Source: an uncultured Chloroflexia bacterium (GTDB taxonomy: Bacteria > Chloroflexota > Limnocylindria > Limnocylindrales > CSP1-4). Taken from it: a stretch of 64,000 nucleotides of DNA. The stretch is taken from assembly GCA_963712745.1 (NCBI GenBank), contig CAVQJC010000020.1, forward strand, positions 288,001 through 352,000, in the 5' to 3' direction. The notes beneath the pieces were generated by a model. That model was not told where the DNA came from. It saw nothing but the letters and a program-made list of their open reading frames with translations, and made no database searches. Positions 30,746-41,025 of this stretch are shown here, in pieces. Every line of letters starts with the position of its first letter. Positions within the stretch are counted from its first letter, which is position 1. A program made the translations under genes and the position numbers.

Positions 30746-33310
30746 ATGACCAGCCCCGCCCAGGACGGCGACGCCACCCGCTCCTCGGTCGACCGCTACG
30801 ACGCGGCGGCCATCGAGCCCCACTGGCAACAGCGCTGGGAAGAGCTCCGCCTCCACTACACCGATCTGACTGACGATTCGCGGCCGGGCTACTACCTGCT
30901 GACGATGTACCCCTACCCCTCGGGCGACCTTCATATCGGCCACTGGTACATCAAGACACCGACCGACGCTCGCTCGCGTTTCATGCGCATGAACGGCTAC
31001 AACGTCTTCTTCCCCATCGGTTTCGACGCCTTCGGCTTGCCCGCCGAGAACGCGGCCATCAAGAGCGGCATCCATCCCGCGACCTGGACCATGCGCAACG
31101 TCGAGAACATGCGGACGCAACTGCGCTCCATGGGCGCGACCTTCGACTGGGACGCAGAGGTCGTGACCTGTCAGCCCGACTACTACCGCTGGAACCAGTG
31201 GTTCTTCCTGCAGTTCATGAAGGCCGGCCTGGCCTATCGCAAGATGGCGCCGGTGGACTGGTGCCCCAACGACCAGGTCGTGCTCGCACGGGAACAGGTG
31301 GAGGGCGCCGACCGGGTCTGCTGGCGCTGCGGCACGCCGGTCATCAAGCGTGACCTGGAGCAGTGGTTCTTCCGCATCACCAAGTACGCCGACGAACTGC
31401 TCGACTTCAGTGGGCTCGACTGGCCGGAACCGGTCCGCCTCATGCAGACCAACTGGATCGGCCGTTCCGAAGGCGCCGACGTCATCTTCCACACGGCCCC
31501 CTCCGGCCACCACGAAGGCGGCCAGGAGCTGCGCGTCTTCACCACCCGCCCCGACACGCTCTTCGGTGCCACCTTCATGGTGCTCGCGCCCGAGCATCCG
31601 CTGGTCGACGAGTTGACCGCGCCCGGGCAGAGGGAGACCGTGGAGTCCTACGTCGCCCGTGCCCGTCGCGAGACCGAGATCGAGCGCCTCTCCACCGACC
31701 GCGAGAAGACCGGCGTGCCTCTCGGTGCAGACGCCATCAACCCCGTCAACGGCGAACGCATACCCATCTGGATCGCCGACTACGTGCTCCTGACCTACGG
31801 CACCGGCGCCATCATGGCCGTACCCGGGCACGACGAACGCGACTTCGAGTTCGCGACCCAGTTCGGCATCCCCATCCGTCGCGTGGTGGCCGGCCCCGAC
31901 GATGCCGACGACGCCCCGCTCGACGAGGCCTACCCGGCCAAGGACGAGAACGCACGCCTGGTCGACTCGGGCCCCTACAGTGGCCTGCCCTGGGCGGACG
32001 GGTTCGCGGCCATCGTGGCCGACCTGGAAGCGAAGGGCCAGGGCGAGGCCACGGTGACCTACCGCATCCGTGACTGGCTTGTCAGCCGTCAGCGTCCCTG
32101 GGGCACACCTATCCCGGTGGTCTACTGCTCGGCCGACTGCGGCATCGTGCCCCTGCCCGAGGAAGCGCTGCCGGTGGTCCTGCCCGACGACTTCGTCTAC
32201 CCCGAGGGCGGCGGAAACGCACTGGAGACGAACGAGGCCTTCCTCAGGACCACCTGTCCGACCTGCGGCGCCGAGGCACGCCGCGAGACCGACACCATGG
32301 ACACCTTCGTGGACAGCAGCTGGTACTACTGGCGCTACCTGTCTCCGAAGGCAGACGACGTCCCCATCGACAAGGCACTCAACGAACGCTGGACCCCGGT
32401 CGATCAGTACACGGGCGGCGCGGAGCACGCGGTCATGCACCTGCTCTACAGTCGGTTCTTCGCCAAGGCCCTCAACGACATCGGCGTCATCCACGAGCGC
32501 GAGCCCTTCAAGCGCCTCTTCAACCAGGGCCAGATCCTTGGGGCCGACGGTGAGCGCATGAGCAAGAGCCGGGGCAACGTGCAGGATCCCGATGAGCTGG
32601 TCCATCGCTACGGCGCCGACACGGTGCGCCTCTTCCTGATGTTCATGGGCCCGTGGGACCAGGGCGGCCCCTGGAACCCCCAGGGCATCGAGGGCGTCAA
32701 CCGTTTCCTGCGACGCGTGTGGACGGTCGCGCTCGACCCCACCGGTCGGGAGCATGGCGACCCCGATGCGGGCAGGCTGCCGCGGGGCCAGGACCTGGCC
32801 GCGGCCCAGAAGGCACTGCGCGTGGGTGCCCACCGAACGCTGCAGGGCGTGACCGACGACCACGAAGGCTTCCGCTGGAACACCATCGTGGCCAAGCTCA
32901 TGGAGCTGACCAACCTGCTCATGAAGTACCGCGGGACGCCTGCGGCCGAGACCGATAGCTACGACGAGGCCGTGGACCTGCTGCTGCTGATGCTCGCGCC
33001 GGAGGCTCCGCACATCGCAGAGGAGTTGTGGTCCCGGCGCCTGGCCGCTGCCGGCAAGGACTGGCGCTCGATCCACACCGAGTCGTGGCCGGCCTTCGAC
33101 GAATCGCTCGTGGCCGCCGAGATGATCGAGCTACCGGTCCAGGTCAACGGCAAGCTGCGCGACAAGGTCCAGGTCGTACCGGGCCTGCCGCAGGAGGAGA
33201 TCGAGGCCATCGTCATGGCCCAGCCCAAGATCATCGCCAACCTGGCGGGCAAACAGGTCGTGAAGGTCATCCACGTCGGGGGACGCTTGGTCAACATCGT
33301 CGTCCGATGA
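30746..33310 (+). CDS. leuS: Leucine--tRNA ligase
   Basis: [80 protein letters not shown]. Confidence 0.99.
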   Translation: MTSPAQDGDATRSSVDRYDAAAIEPHWQQRWEELRLHYTDLTDDSRPGYYLLTMYPYPSGDLHIGHWYIKTPTDARSRFMRMNGYNVFFPIGFDAFGLPAENAAIKSGIHPATWTMRNVENMRTQLRSMGATFDWDAEVVTCQPDYYRWNQWFFLQFMKAGLAYRKMAPVDWCPNDQVVLAREQVEGADRVCWRCGTPVIKRDLEQWFFRITKYADELLDFSGLDWPEPVRLMQTNWIGRSEGADVIFHTAPSGHHEGGQELRVFTTRPDTLFGATFMVLAPEHPLVDELTAPGQRETVESYVARARRETEIERLSTDREKTGVPLGADAINPVNGERIPIWIADYVLLTYGTGAIMAVPGHDERDFEFATQFGIPIRRVVAGPDDADDAPLDEAYPAKDENARLVDSGPYSGLPWADGFAAIVADLEAKGQGEATVTYRIRDWLVSRQRPWGTPIPVVYCSADCGIVPLPEEALPVVLPDDFVYPEGGGNALETNEAFLRTTCPTCGAEARRETDTMDTFVDSSWYYWRYLSPKADDVPIDKALNERWTPVDQYTGGAEHAVMHLLYSRFFAKALNDIGVIHEREPFKRLFNQGQILGADGERMSKSRGNVQDPDELVHRYGADTVRLFLMFMGPWDQGGPWNPQGIEGVNRFLRRVWTVALDPTGREHGDPDAGRLPRGQDLAAAQKALRVGAHRTLQGVTDDHEGFRWNTIVAKLMELTNLLMKYRGTPAAETDSYDEAVDLLLLMLAPEAPHIAEELWSRRLAAAGKDWRSIHTESWPAFDESLVAAEMIELPVQVNGKLRDKVQVVPGLPQEEIEAIVMAQPKIIANLAGKQVVKVIHVGGRLVNIVVR

Positions 33311-34284
33311 ACGAGCAGGTGGCGTGCCCTTCCTGCGGCGCGGCGAACTCGGGGGCAAGTGCCTACTGCGGCGCCTGCGGCGCACCACTCCGACCAGCCA
33401 CGGTGCCGCCAGTGCCGTGCTGGAACTGCCGTGCACCGAACCCGCCCGGCCGCGCCTACTGCGGGCAGTGCGGCCAGCACCTGGCCGGGCCCGCGGTGGC
33501 ACCGGCACCGCCGGCGCAGGGCAGCGGTCGCAACCCTGTCCTGCTGGCCCTCGCCGTCGTGCTGGTGTTCTTCCTCGGCATCGCCTCGGTCTTCCTCATC
33601 CTGACCCTCGTCGAGGACCGCGGCGGGACAGGCGTGGGCGCTCCCAGCGCGACCCCGACAGACGAGCTCATCGTCACGCCCGAACCCTCGCTCCTCCCCG
33701 AGGCGACCCCCACGCCGCCTGCGATCCGCACGCCCAAGCCCAAGCGGACTCCGCAGCCGACCCCCACGCTCGGGCCCCCCGGAAGCTTCGTCTGCTACGA
33801 GTCGATGGCGGTGGACGGCCCCGTTGGCTCGAACTGGGATCTGGTGCGTGTCGACTTCCGCACATACCGTGGATATGACCGAGTCATCTACCAGCTCCAG
33901 CGTCGGGGCGACGAACTCGACGGCATCGCCCCGCGCATCGCGGCCCGCCCGGCCATCCCAGGCGAAGGCGAGTTCGTGGGAGAGCCGCCAAGACACCCGG
34001 ATTCCGAGTCGAGGCTCAACGTCGTGCTCGCCAACGGCGTCCGCGACCGCGCGCGCATCGATGGCTACGAGCCGCGTGGCATGAAGATCGTGAAGGCGCT
34101 CTGGACACAGCGCTACCAGTCACACGTCAACTACATCCCGCCGGAGGACGACCCGGCGATGGCGGACGTCGGCGTGCTCTCGTCGGTCGATGTCATCGGC
34201 GATGCCTGCTTCTACCTCCGCGTGGTGGGCTGGGATGGCGAGGGCGACGACAGCGCCTCGGTCTTTGTCGACATCGAGCCATAG
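33307..34284 (+). CDS. Double zinc-ribbon membrane protein with extracellular AMIN-like domain
   Basis: Four CxxC pairs, one TM helix, PT linker, C-domain [11 protein letters not shown]...VFVDIEP; ATGA overlap with leuS. Confidence 0.78.
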   Translation: MNEQVACPSCGAANSGASAYCGACGAPLRPATVPPVPCWNCRAPNPPGRAYCGQCGQHLAGPAVAPAPPAQGSGRNPVLLALAVVLVFFLGIASVFLILTLVEDRGGTGVGAPSATPTDELIVTPEPSLLPEATPTPPAIRTPKPKRTPQPTPTLGPPGSFVCYESMAVDGPVGSNWDLVRVDFRTYRGYDRVIYQLQRRGDELDGIAPRIAARPAIPGEGEFVGEPPRHPDSESRLNVVLANGVRDRARIDGYEPRGMKIVKALWTQRYQSHVNYIPPEDDPAMADVGVLSSVDVIGDACFYLRVVGWDGEGDDSASVFVDIEP

Positions 34285-34347
34285 CCACCGGGACTGCCCG
34301 AAGGGTCCTTGACGTGGGCGGTGACGGCACCGATAGACTGGTCTTCC

Positions 34348-36585
34348 ATGTCAGGCCTGGTCTGCGCCAACTGCGGCACCCCCAACGCGATCGACGACCT
34401 CTTCTGCGGCGAATGCGGTTCGGCCCTGGATGCGTCGATGGCCGCGCCCGAGCCGGGTGCCGAGACGAGCCCTGCGGCCGAGACTCCGGGCGTCCCCGCT
34501 GAGCCGGAAGGCCCTCCCGCCGCTCCGGCTTCGCTCCCTGCCGACGACTCCCCTCCCCCGCGCTCCCCGGGTGTGCCTGAGACTACGCCGACCGGACCGG
34601 CGGTCACATGCGCCAGCTGCGGGACGCTCAACGAAGCCGACCGCACGTTCTGTCAGCGATGTGGCGAGGAGCTGCCCGACGATGCGGCTCCCCGGGCGGT
34701 AGCTGCGGCCTCCACGACAGCGGGTGCCGCTGGGAACGGACGTGCGGCAAGTGGCGGCGGAGGGCCCGGCCCGGTCGCCATCGCGGGTGGGATCATCGCC
34801 ATCGCATTCATCGGCATCGTGGGTGTCTTCCTGTTCCTCACGCTCAGTGGCTCCGATGACGATGCCGCCGCCAGCCCATCGCTCGAGCCCACCGTCGAGG
34901 CCACGCTCCTGGCCAGCCCCGCTGCGACCGACGAGCCCTCGGCCGAGCCGACCGCAGACGTCACGCCCGAACCGACGGAGCCAGCCACTCCGGAGCCAAC
35001 GGTCGAGCCGACGCCGGAGCCGACGCCCGAACCGACCGCGGAGCCCACGCCTGAGCCCACCGTCGAGCCGACACCCGAGCCCACGGCCAGCCCGGTGCCG
35101 ACTTCGAGTGTCGCGCCATCACCGGCAGCGACCACGAAGCCTGCCGCCGCATCGCTTCAGCCCACGCCCGAGCCGACCTCGGAGCCGACGGCCACGCCCG
35201 AGCCCACGCCCGAGCCGACCTCGGAGCCGCACGCCGAGCCGACGCCCGAGGCGACGCCCGAGCCCACGCCAGAGCCGACCCCGGAGCCGACGGCCACGCC
35301 CGAGCCGACCCCGGAGCCGACGGCCACGCCCGAGCCGACGCCAGAGCCGACCCCGGAGCCGACGGCCACGCCCGAGCCGACCCCGGAGCCGACGGCCACG
35401 CCCGAGCCGACGCCGGAGCCCACGCCAGAGCCGACACCGGAGCCCACGCCCGAGCCGACCCCGGAGCCGACGGCCACGCCCGAGCCGACGCCGGAGCCCA
35501 CGCCCGAGCCGACACCGGAGCCCACGCCCGAGCCCACGCCCGAGCCGACCCCGGAGCCGACGGCCACGCCCGAGCCGACCCCGGAGCCGACGGCCACGCC
35601 CGAGCCCACGTCGCTCACCCGCAAGGCAGCAGAGGACGAACTGCTGGAGCGAGCCGACCCGATCAAGTGTGATCGTTGGCGTTCATCGTCGGACCAGCCC
35701 CTGGAGGCGGGGGCGAAGGGGGCGATCCGGTGTGTCAAGCCCGCGGCTCGCGTGGCGCAGCTGGCTATCTATACGTTCCCCGATGCAGCCGATCTGGCCG
35801 CCTACTGGCCGGTACGACTGAGCCGCATCAGCCCCGAGCCGCCCGAGACGGACACGGCCTGCGAGAACGGCGTAGCCGGTTCTCGTCCCTGGGAAGAGGG
35901 CCTGATCGTCTGCTATGTGCAGGACGGCGTGGCCAAGATCCGGTGGACTGACGATCGGCGGGGGATGTACGGCGTGATCGACGCCACCAGTGACGACCTC
36001 CGGCGACTGTACGGCTGGTGGCGCCGGAACGGACGCGACCTGGGCAAGCCGCTCGACTCCACGAGTACCGGCGCCGCGGGGCCGGCGACCGAGCCGACCG
36101 CACCGGCCGCCCAGTCGAGCCGGTTCACCTGCGAGGACAGCACCCTCGTGATCGACCCGCTCGACCGCAAGTGGAAGATCACTCGACTGAGCTTCCGCCG
36201 CTCGGGCGGTACCGAACGGGTCATCTACCACCTGGAGCAGGAGGGCAAGGCGGCGCCTGCCGACACCTCGGTGGAGGTAAGCCTCTCGCCGATGGGCCAG
36301 CCGAACCTGGTCGGGGGCGACAACGTCGAGCCACCGCTGGCAGGCGACACCGTCGTCTCAGTGCTCTTCGGCCCCGGCATCCGCGATGCCACAGGCCTGG
36401 ACCATTTCGGTCCGCAAGGCGTGGAGATCATCGAGGACCTGTCGATATACCCCATCCAGGGCGGCTACAGCGTCTCGGTCATCGGGGTTACTGGCGACGG
36501 CTGCTATCTGCTGCGCGTGCCGGAGTTCGAGGACCCGCGCGCCAAGGCCACTTCGGCCGAGGTCTACCTGGACGTCGAGCCCTGA
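34348..36585 (+). CDS. Double zinc-ribbon membrane protein with long PTPE stalk, Cys-containing domain and paralogous AMIN-like C-domain
   Basis: CANC/CGEC and CASC/CQRC, TM helix, about 200 aa of [11 protein letters not shown]-domain ERVIYHL...VYLDVEP similar to the upstream gene. Confidence 0.8.
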   Translation: MSGLVCANCGTPNAIDDLFCGECGSALDASMAAPEPGAETSPAAETPGVPAEPEGPPAAPASLPADDSPPPRSPGVPETTPTGPAVTCASCGTLNEADRTFCQRCGEELPDDAAPRAVAAASTTAGAAGNGRAASGGGGPGPVAIAGGIIAIAFIGIVGVFLFLTLSGSDDDAAASPSLEPTVEATLLASPAATDEPSAEPTADVTPEPTEPATPEPTVEPTPEPTPEPTAEPTPEPTVEPTPEPTASPVPTSSVAPSPAATTKPAAASLQPTPEPTSEPTATPEPTPEPTSEPHAEPTPEATPEPTPEPTPEPTATPEPTPEPTATPEPTPEPTPEPTATPEPTPEPTATPEPTPEPTPEPTPEPTPEPTPEPTATPEPTPEPTPEPTPEPTPEPTPEPTPEPTATPEPTPEPTATPEPTSLTRKAAEDELLERADPIKCDRWRSSSDQPLEAGAKGAIRCVKPAARVAQLAIYTFPDAADLAAYWPVRLSRISPEPPETDTACENGVAGSRPWEEGLIVCYVQDGVAKIRWTDDRRGMYGVIDATSDDLRRLYGWWRRNGRDLGKPLDSTSTGAAGPATEPTAPAAQSSRFTCEDSTLVIDPLDRKWKITRLSFRRSGGTERVIYHLEQEGKAAPADTSVEVSLSPMGQPNLVGGDNVEPPLAGDTVVSVLFGPGIRDATGLDHFGPQGVEIIEDLSIYPIQGGYSVSVIGVTGDGCYLLRVPEFEDPRAKATSAEVYLDVEP
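34960..35610 (+). repeat. Coding tandem repeat array (12/18-nt units encoding PTPE / PTATPE)
   Basis: Dozens of GAGCCGAC(C/G)CC(C/G) and GAGCCGACGGCCACGCCC units without unique spacers. Confidence 0.92.
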
Positions 36586-36615
36586 TCGGGCCCGGTTCCT
36601 TCATCGGTCTCGCAG

Positions 36616-38655
36616 TCAGCGCCGGCTGACGATCCCATCCCTTGTCATGCCCGGCGGCACCCCCGGCCCGAGGGTCACCAGGTATGTGCCGGCGACGTCG
36701 TCGAAGGCGGCCGGATCGTCCACGAGCGCGGCCGCGAGCGTTCGCTCGCCCGGCCAGTCGTTGGGCAGGATGAAGACGTAGAGCTCGAAGGAACCGTCCT
36801 CGTCGACCTCGACCATCTTGGGTCGTCCGGCCTCGATACCCCGGTCCCAGGTCAACGTCACGACCGTGCCCGGCCGAAAGTCGTTCCCGGTCACGAGCGT
36901 GGTGTAGCCTGCCGGCCCGTGACCCGGCTCGATGGTGATGCTGGGATCGATGGGGCACGGGACGTTGAAGCGCCCGAGCGAACCGGCCACGACCACGCCA
37001 AGCGTATCGAGTTGCTGCGCTCGAACCGGCACCCGGCGCTCCTCCCGGCCGTTGGCACTCTGGCCGCTTGGCCGGATGACGGTCGAGAACGCACCGTCCC
37101 GGTCAGCCTGGACGCTGAACTGGTCGGTGTCACCGAAGCGAATGAAGACCCGGCCGTTGGGGTAGTAGCCGCTGCCGCCGACGGCGATCTCGTAGGCCTG
37201 CTTCTCACCCGGCGCCTCCGGACCACAGACAGGCGCGACCGTCAGCGGTTGTGCCTCACGGTCGCGGCATGGGACATCGAATGAGGTGGAGGCCTCCAGC
37301 ACGGCCGCCGGCACGGAGACGCCGTCCGTCGACAGGCCGGTCTGGCGCTGGCTGGCCACGATCCGATAGCTGCCGAGTGGCCGCGCCGCCGGCCGGATCC
37401 TGGTGCTGAACTCACCCTTCGCGTCGGCCTTGGCCCGGAAGGTCTCGGCTTCCACGGTCCCCTCGGCGTCGAAGGTGACCGACAGGTTCCCGGGCTCGAA
37501 GCCCGTACCAGAGACATCGAGCGCCAGTCGTCGTGCGCCATCGCCCTTGAGCGCCGGGCGTGCGCAGCGCTGCTTGACTGCGACGTTCGTGGGCTCGCAG
37601 GGGAACTTGAAGCTGACCGAGCGTTGTCGGATCATCGACTCCCCATCGTCGGAGCGGATGCGCAATGAGTAGTTGCCGGGGCCTCGCCGGTAGGGCGAGA
37701 TGGTCAGCACCAGGCGGCCATCATCGTCGGTCCTGGGGTTCCAGAACTCGTGGCTTTGCGGCCCATCCCAGATGACCCACACCCTCTGGTCCTCGTGGAA
37801 GCCGGTGGCAACGACGCGCACGTCCATACGCGCGGGTGGCGAGCCGGATCGGGCGCAATCGGGAAGTACTCGGACGTCCAACTCCGGACAGGGCGTGCGG
37901 AACCAGGTGGAGGCGGTGAACTCACCGTGGAGCCTGACGAAGTACTCGCCGGCAGGGTAGTTGCGGATGTTCACGGTGGTACGCACCTGCCCCTTGCCGT
38001 CGACGGCGACCGTGTCCTGGTGCATGGAGCCTGAGGGCCCCTCGATGCTCAGCTCCACCGACTTGGTGATGAAGCCCTTACCGCTGATCTGCAACTCCAT
38101 CGGCTTCTTGCCGTCCATGGCGGCGTTGCAGCCGGTGTCGGCCGTGGCCGTGGGCCGACAGTAGTTCGCGGCCTCGAAGTCTTCGTGGCCTTGCTTGCCA
38201 CCGCCCTCGGTCTCAGCGGAGAGGCGGTACCAACCTTCGTTCGAGACGACACTGGTGCTGTACGTGGATGGAGCGCCGAAGTCGATGGTCACATTCCGGT
38301 CGAATGTACCCAGCTCATCAACCCGGGCACGGCCGAGGAACAGGCCCACGACCTGGGTGGGCAGCGGAGCCGGCTGCACCCCGGGGCCGGCGCCGACGGG
38401 GCCGATAGCGGCGATAGCCGGTCCGGCCCCTGCCAGGGCTGGCGTGCGGAGCCAGATCTCGACCCGCGTCCCCGGTGTGAAGCCGCTTCCGCGCACACGC
38501 ATCTTGCTCGCGCCGACCGGGGCGATGCACTCCTTGTCGATCCGCACCCGCGGGATGGGCGGGTTCGACTGGGCCTCGACCGGCTCCGGCATGGCCACGT
38601 CGAACGTCGTCACCAGCGCGAGCAGGGCGATGACGACGGCGAGGAGACGCCGCAT
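36616..38655 (-). CDS. Secreted protein with repeated Ig-like beta-sandwich modules
   Basis: Signal peptide MRRLLAVVIALLALV; about six modules with V-x-G-x-G-F/Y-x-P, D-x-x-G-x-F and F-x-V-P-C patterns. Confidence 0.72.
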   Translation of the reverse strand: MRRLLAVVIALLALVTTFDVAMPEPVEAQSNPPIPRVRIDKECIAPVGASKMRVRGSGFTPGTRVEIWLRTPALAGAGPAIAAIGPVGAGPGVQPAPLPTQVVGLFLGRARVDELGTFDRNVTIDFGAPSTYSTSVVSNEGWYRLSAETEGGGKQGHEDFEAANYCRPTATADTGCNAAMDGKKPMELQISGKGFITKSVELSIEGPSGSMHQDTVAVDGKGQVRTTVNIRNYPAGEYFVRLHGEFTASTWFRTPCPELDVRVLPDCARSGSPPARMDVRVVATGFHEDQRVWVIWDGPQSHEFWNPRTDDDGRLVLTISPYRRGPGNYSLRIRSDDGESMIRQRSVSFKFPCEPTNVAVKQRCARPALKGDGARRLALDVSGTGFEPGNLSVTFDAEGTVEAETFRAKADAKGEFSTRIRPAARPLGSYRIVASQRQTGLSTDGVSVPAAVLEASTSFDVPCRDREAQPLTVAPVCGPEAPGEKQAYEIAVGGSGYYPNGRVFIRFGDTDQFSVQADRDGAFSTVIRPSGQSANGREERRVPVRAQQLDTLGVVVAGSLGRFNVPCPIDPSITIEPGHGPAGYTTLVTGNDFRPGTVVTLTWDRGIEAGRPKMVEVDEDGSFELYVFILPNDWPGERTLAAALVDDPAAFDDVAGTYLVTLGPGVPPGMTRDGIVSRR

Positions 38656-38660
38656 GGTCG

Positions 38661-39983
38661 CTACCTCTCGTACCCCGAGTAGAAGACCGCCGCGCCCGAG
38701 CAGCTCTGGCACCAGAGGTCAAGCCGGTCCCCGGGGCCGACCACGATGGGCGTGACGAAGTGGAAGTCCAGGTCCCGGAAGTTCTCGAGCATCAGTGAGA
38801 GCATGGCCTGTCCGTTGCGTCGCAGACGCAGGGCACCGGACTCGATAGCAGGGTTGCTGAACACCAGGTCGGTCACGAAGAGCGTCTTGCCCTCGTCGGC
38901 CACGAGCACCTCGGGGTTGCTGCCGGCACGGATGCGACCCGCCACGGGATCGCCCTCGGGCAACAGCGTGGCCGGCGTGGGCTCGGGCGTCGGTGCCGGC
39001 GTGGGCGTGGGCATCGGCGTGGGTTCGGGCGTCGGCTCCGGCGTGGGTTCGGGCGTCGGCTCCGGCGTGGGTTCGGGCGTCGGCTCCGGCGTGGGCTCCG
39101 GGGTCGGCGAAGGCTCCGGGGTCGGCGAAGCGCCGCCGCCGCTCGGTCCAGCGCTACCGTCGAGCGGGATGCCGGCCTTGGTGAGGACGTCCTCAGCGGC
39201 CGCCTGGGCGGCCTCGTCGGCGCGCTCCTCGGCTTCGCTCAGCACCGCGGGCTGGAGGACCAGGAACCACAGCACCAGCAGGGCGATGAGCAGCGCAGCC
39301 AGCCCGATGGCTCCCTTGATGAGCCAGCCGGGCAGCATCGGCTCCTGCAGGTACGTGCCGCTGACCGGCACGGGAGGCTCACCCGCAGCTTCGACCTGGA
39401 TGGTGAAGCCGCGTGACTTGGGCTGGCCGCGCCAGGAGCGGCGGCGCGGCTTCACGTTCACTTCGGCGAAAGCGGCGGCACCCGGGTCGGCCACGACGGC
39501 CGGAGGCTTGATGTCGAACGACACGTCCTCGTTGGCATCGAACCCGGTGATGTTGGCGTTGAGCGGGATGTTGCCGCGGTTGTCGATGGCCAGGTCGTGC
39601 CTGGCGCCCCGCGAGCCGCGAGAGGTCAGCGGCTGCAACTCGGCCCCCACATCCGTGAAGGGCTCGATAGCCAGCTTGCCCTCTTCCACCGTGGAGCCGG
39701 CAGGGTCCTCCTGTGAGGCCACGCGCACGCCGAAGGGCATCTCCCCCGCAGGCACCAAGGCACTGCGGGGCGGGCGGAAGGTGATGGTGGCCGTGCCCTC
39801 GGCGCCGGGGAAGAGCGACAACGAGGCGGGCTCCGCGGACGACCATGCGGCGGCGTCACCGACGACCGAGACGGCCAGCTCATCGACGACGCTGCCGTTG
39901 TTGCGGACCTTGATCTGGAGGCTGGCTTCCCCGCCCGGGGCGACAGCGACGATCTGCTGGTCGAGGCTAGCGATGGCGCCCAT
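38661..39983 (-). CDS. CIS-associated membrane protein (COG1470-like, resembling 'hydrolytic proteins' of actinobacterial CIS loci)
   Basis: VAPGG...VRNNGSVVDE...W...EPASLSLFPG...FRPPR, DNRGN, TM helix, PTPE linker, C-terminal TDLVFSNP...LENFRDLDFHFVTPI; TAGACT -10 lies 7 nt before the ATG. Confidence 0.72.
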   Translation of the reverse strand: MGAIASLDQQIVAVAPGGEASLQIKVRNNGSVVDELAVSVVGDAAAWSSAEPASLSLFPGAEGTATITFRPPRSALVPAGEMPFGVRVASQEDPAGSTVEEGKLAIEPFTDVGAELQPLTSRGSRGARHDLAIDNRGNIPLNANITGFDANEDVSFDIKPPAVVADPGAAAFAEVNVKPRRRSWRGQPKSRGFTIQVEAAGEPPVPVSGTYLQEPMLPGWLIKGAIGLAALLIALLVLWFLVLQPAVLSEAEERADEAAQAAAEDVLTKAGIPLDGSAGPSGGGASPTPEPSPTPEPTPEPTPEPTPEPTPEPTPEPTPEPTPMPTPTPAPTPEPTPATLLPEGDPVAGRIRAGSNPEVLVADEGKTLFVTDLVFSNPAIESGALRLRRNGQAMLSLMLENFRDLDFHFVTPIVVGPGDRLDLWCQSCSGAAVFYSGYER

Positions 39984-40154
39984 GACCGAAAGTCTAACGT
40001 GCCAAGTACCCGAAAGGCCATGCTCTTTCGGGCAACGCCTGCCTCCCGGGACGACTGCCGGGACAGCCCGACCAGGGCCGATTTCAGTGTTCTTTCAGTC
40101 GGCGTCAAGTAGCCGGTGGGAGGCTGGCCAGCGATACGTAGCGAAGAGGAAGCC

Positions 40155-40829
40155 ATGTCGCTCGCCACTCCCCCATCCTCCCGGGCCGCAGCCCTTGCCG
40201 CGATGCCGGAGATCCTGCCGGTGCTGATCGCCACCGACGATCCTCTCTCGCGCGCAGGCGTCGAGTCGCAGCTACGTGGAGAGCCCACCATCCGTCTTGT
40301 CGAGGCCGAAGCCGGCGAGCCCGGGGCCGTGGCCATCATCGTGGCTGAGGGGGTCGACAGCGATGTGGCCGCGCAGGTGAGGCGGCTGCGTCGCTCGGGC
40401 ATCGAACGCACGGTGCTCGTGGTAACGCGGCTCGATGACGCGGGCATGCTGCTCGCGGTCGAGAACGGCGTTGCCGGGCTGCTGCGCCGCTCGGAGGCCA
40501 CGACCAAGAGCCTGACCAGGACGCTGCACACGGTGGCATCGGGCGAGGGCGCGCTGCCGGCGGATCTGCTCGGTCGCTTCATGGACCAGGTCGGCCGATT
40601 GCAGCGCCGGGTGCTGGCACCCCGGGGCTTGACCTTCAGCGGACTGACCGAGCGCGAGATCGCCGTTCTCAGCCTGCTCGCCGAGGGTCACGACACGGCC
40701 GAGGTCGGCCGCCGCCTCTTCTACTCGGAGCGCACCGTCAAGAACATCGTCCACGACGTCACCAGCCGTTTCGACCTGCGCAACCGCACCCACGCTGTGG
40801 CATTCGCGGTGCGAGAGGGCTACATCTAG
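40155..40829 (+). CDS. LuxR-family HTH regulator with degenerate receiver domain
   Basis: GLTEREIAVLSLLAEGHDTAEVGRRLFYSERTVKN...LRNRTHAVAFAVREG; the N-domain lacks a clear phospho-acceptor Asp. Confidence 0.9.
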   Translation: MSLATPPSSRAAALAAMPEILPVLIATDDPLSRAGVESQLRGEPTIRLVEAEAGEPGAVAIIVAEGVDSDVAAQVRRLRRSGIERTVLVVTRLDDAGMLLAVENGVAGLLRRSEATTKSLTRTLHTVASGEGALPADLLGRFMDQVGRLQRRVLAPRGLTFSGLTEREIAVLSLLAEGHDTAEVGRRLFYSERTVKNIVHDVTSRFDLRNRTHAVAFAVREGYI

Positions 40830-41025
40830 CGCGTCACGGCCGGCCAAGGCGCCTTTGCCCGAAGAGGCAACCGAGGTTGCCTGCACGGGTCCCGGGTTCG
40901 TCCTCGATGACTGACCGGGAGCGACTCTGCGGACGGACTCTCCGGTGTGAGGCTGTAGCGACCGGCGCGCGGCTGTGGCCGCGGCATGTCGTCGCGGCTT
41001 GCGCCCGGTGCCACGAGTCGAGGTG

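Noticed and set aside
32555-32570. RMSKS instead of KMSKS in LeuRS
   Set aside because: Conservative change at the first position; the catalytic second Lys is retained.
30701-33076. 791-aa minus-strand ORF
   Set aside because: Antisense shadow of leuS.
34960-35610. Repeat array as a possible CRISPR
   Set aside because: Units are multiples of 3 nt, lack unique spacers and encode PTPE linkers; no cas genes in view. The same applies to the repeats at ~13.2-13.5 kb and ~39.0-39.1 kb.
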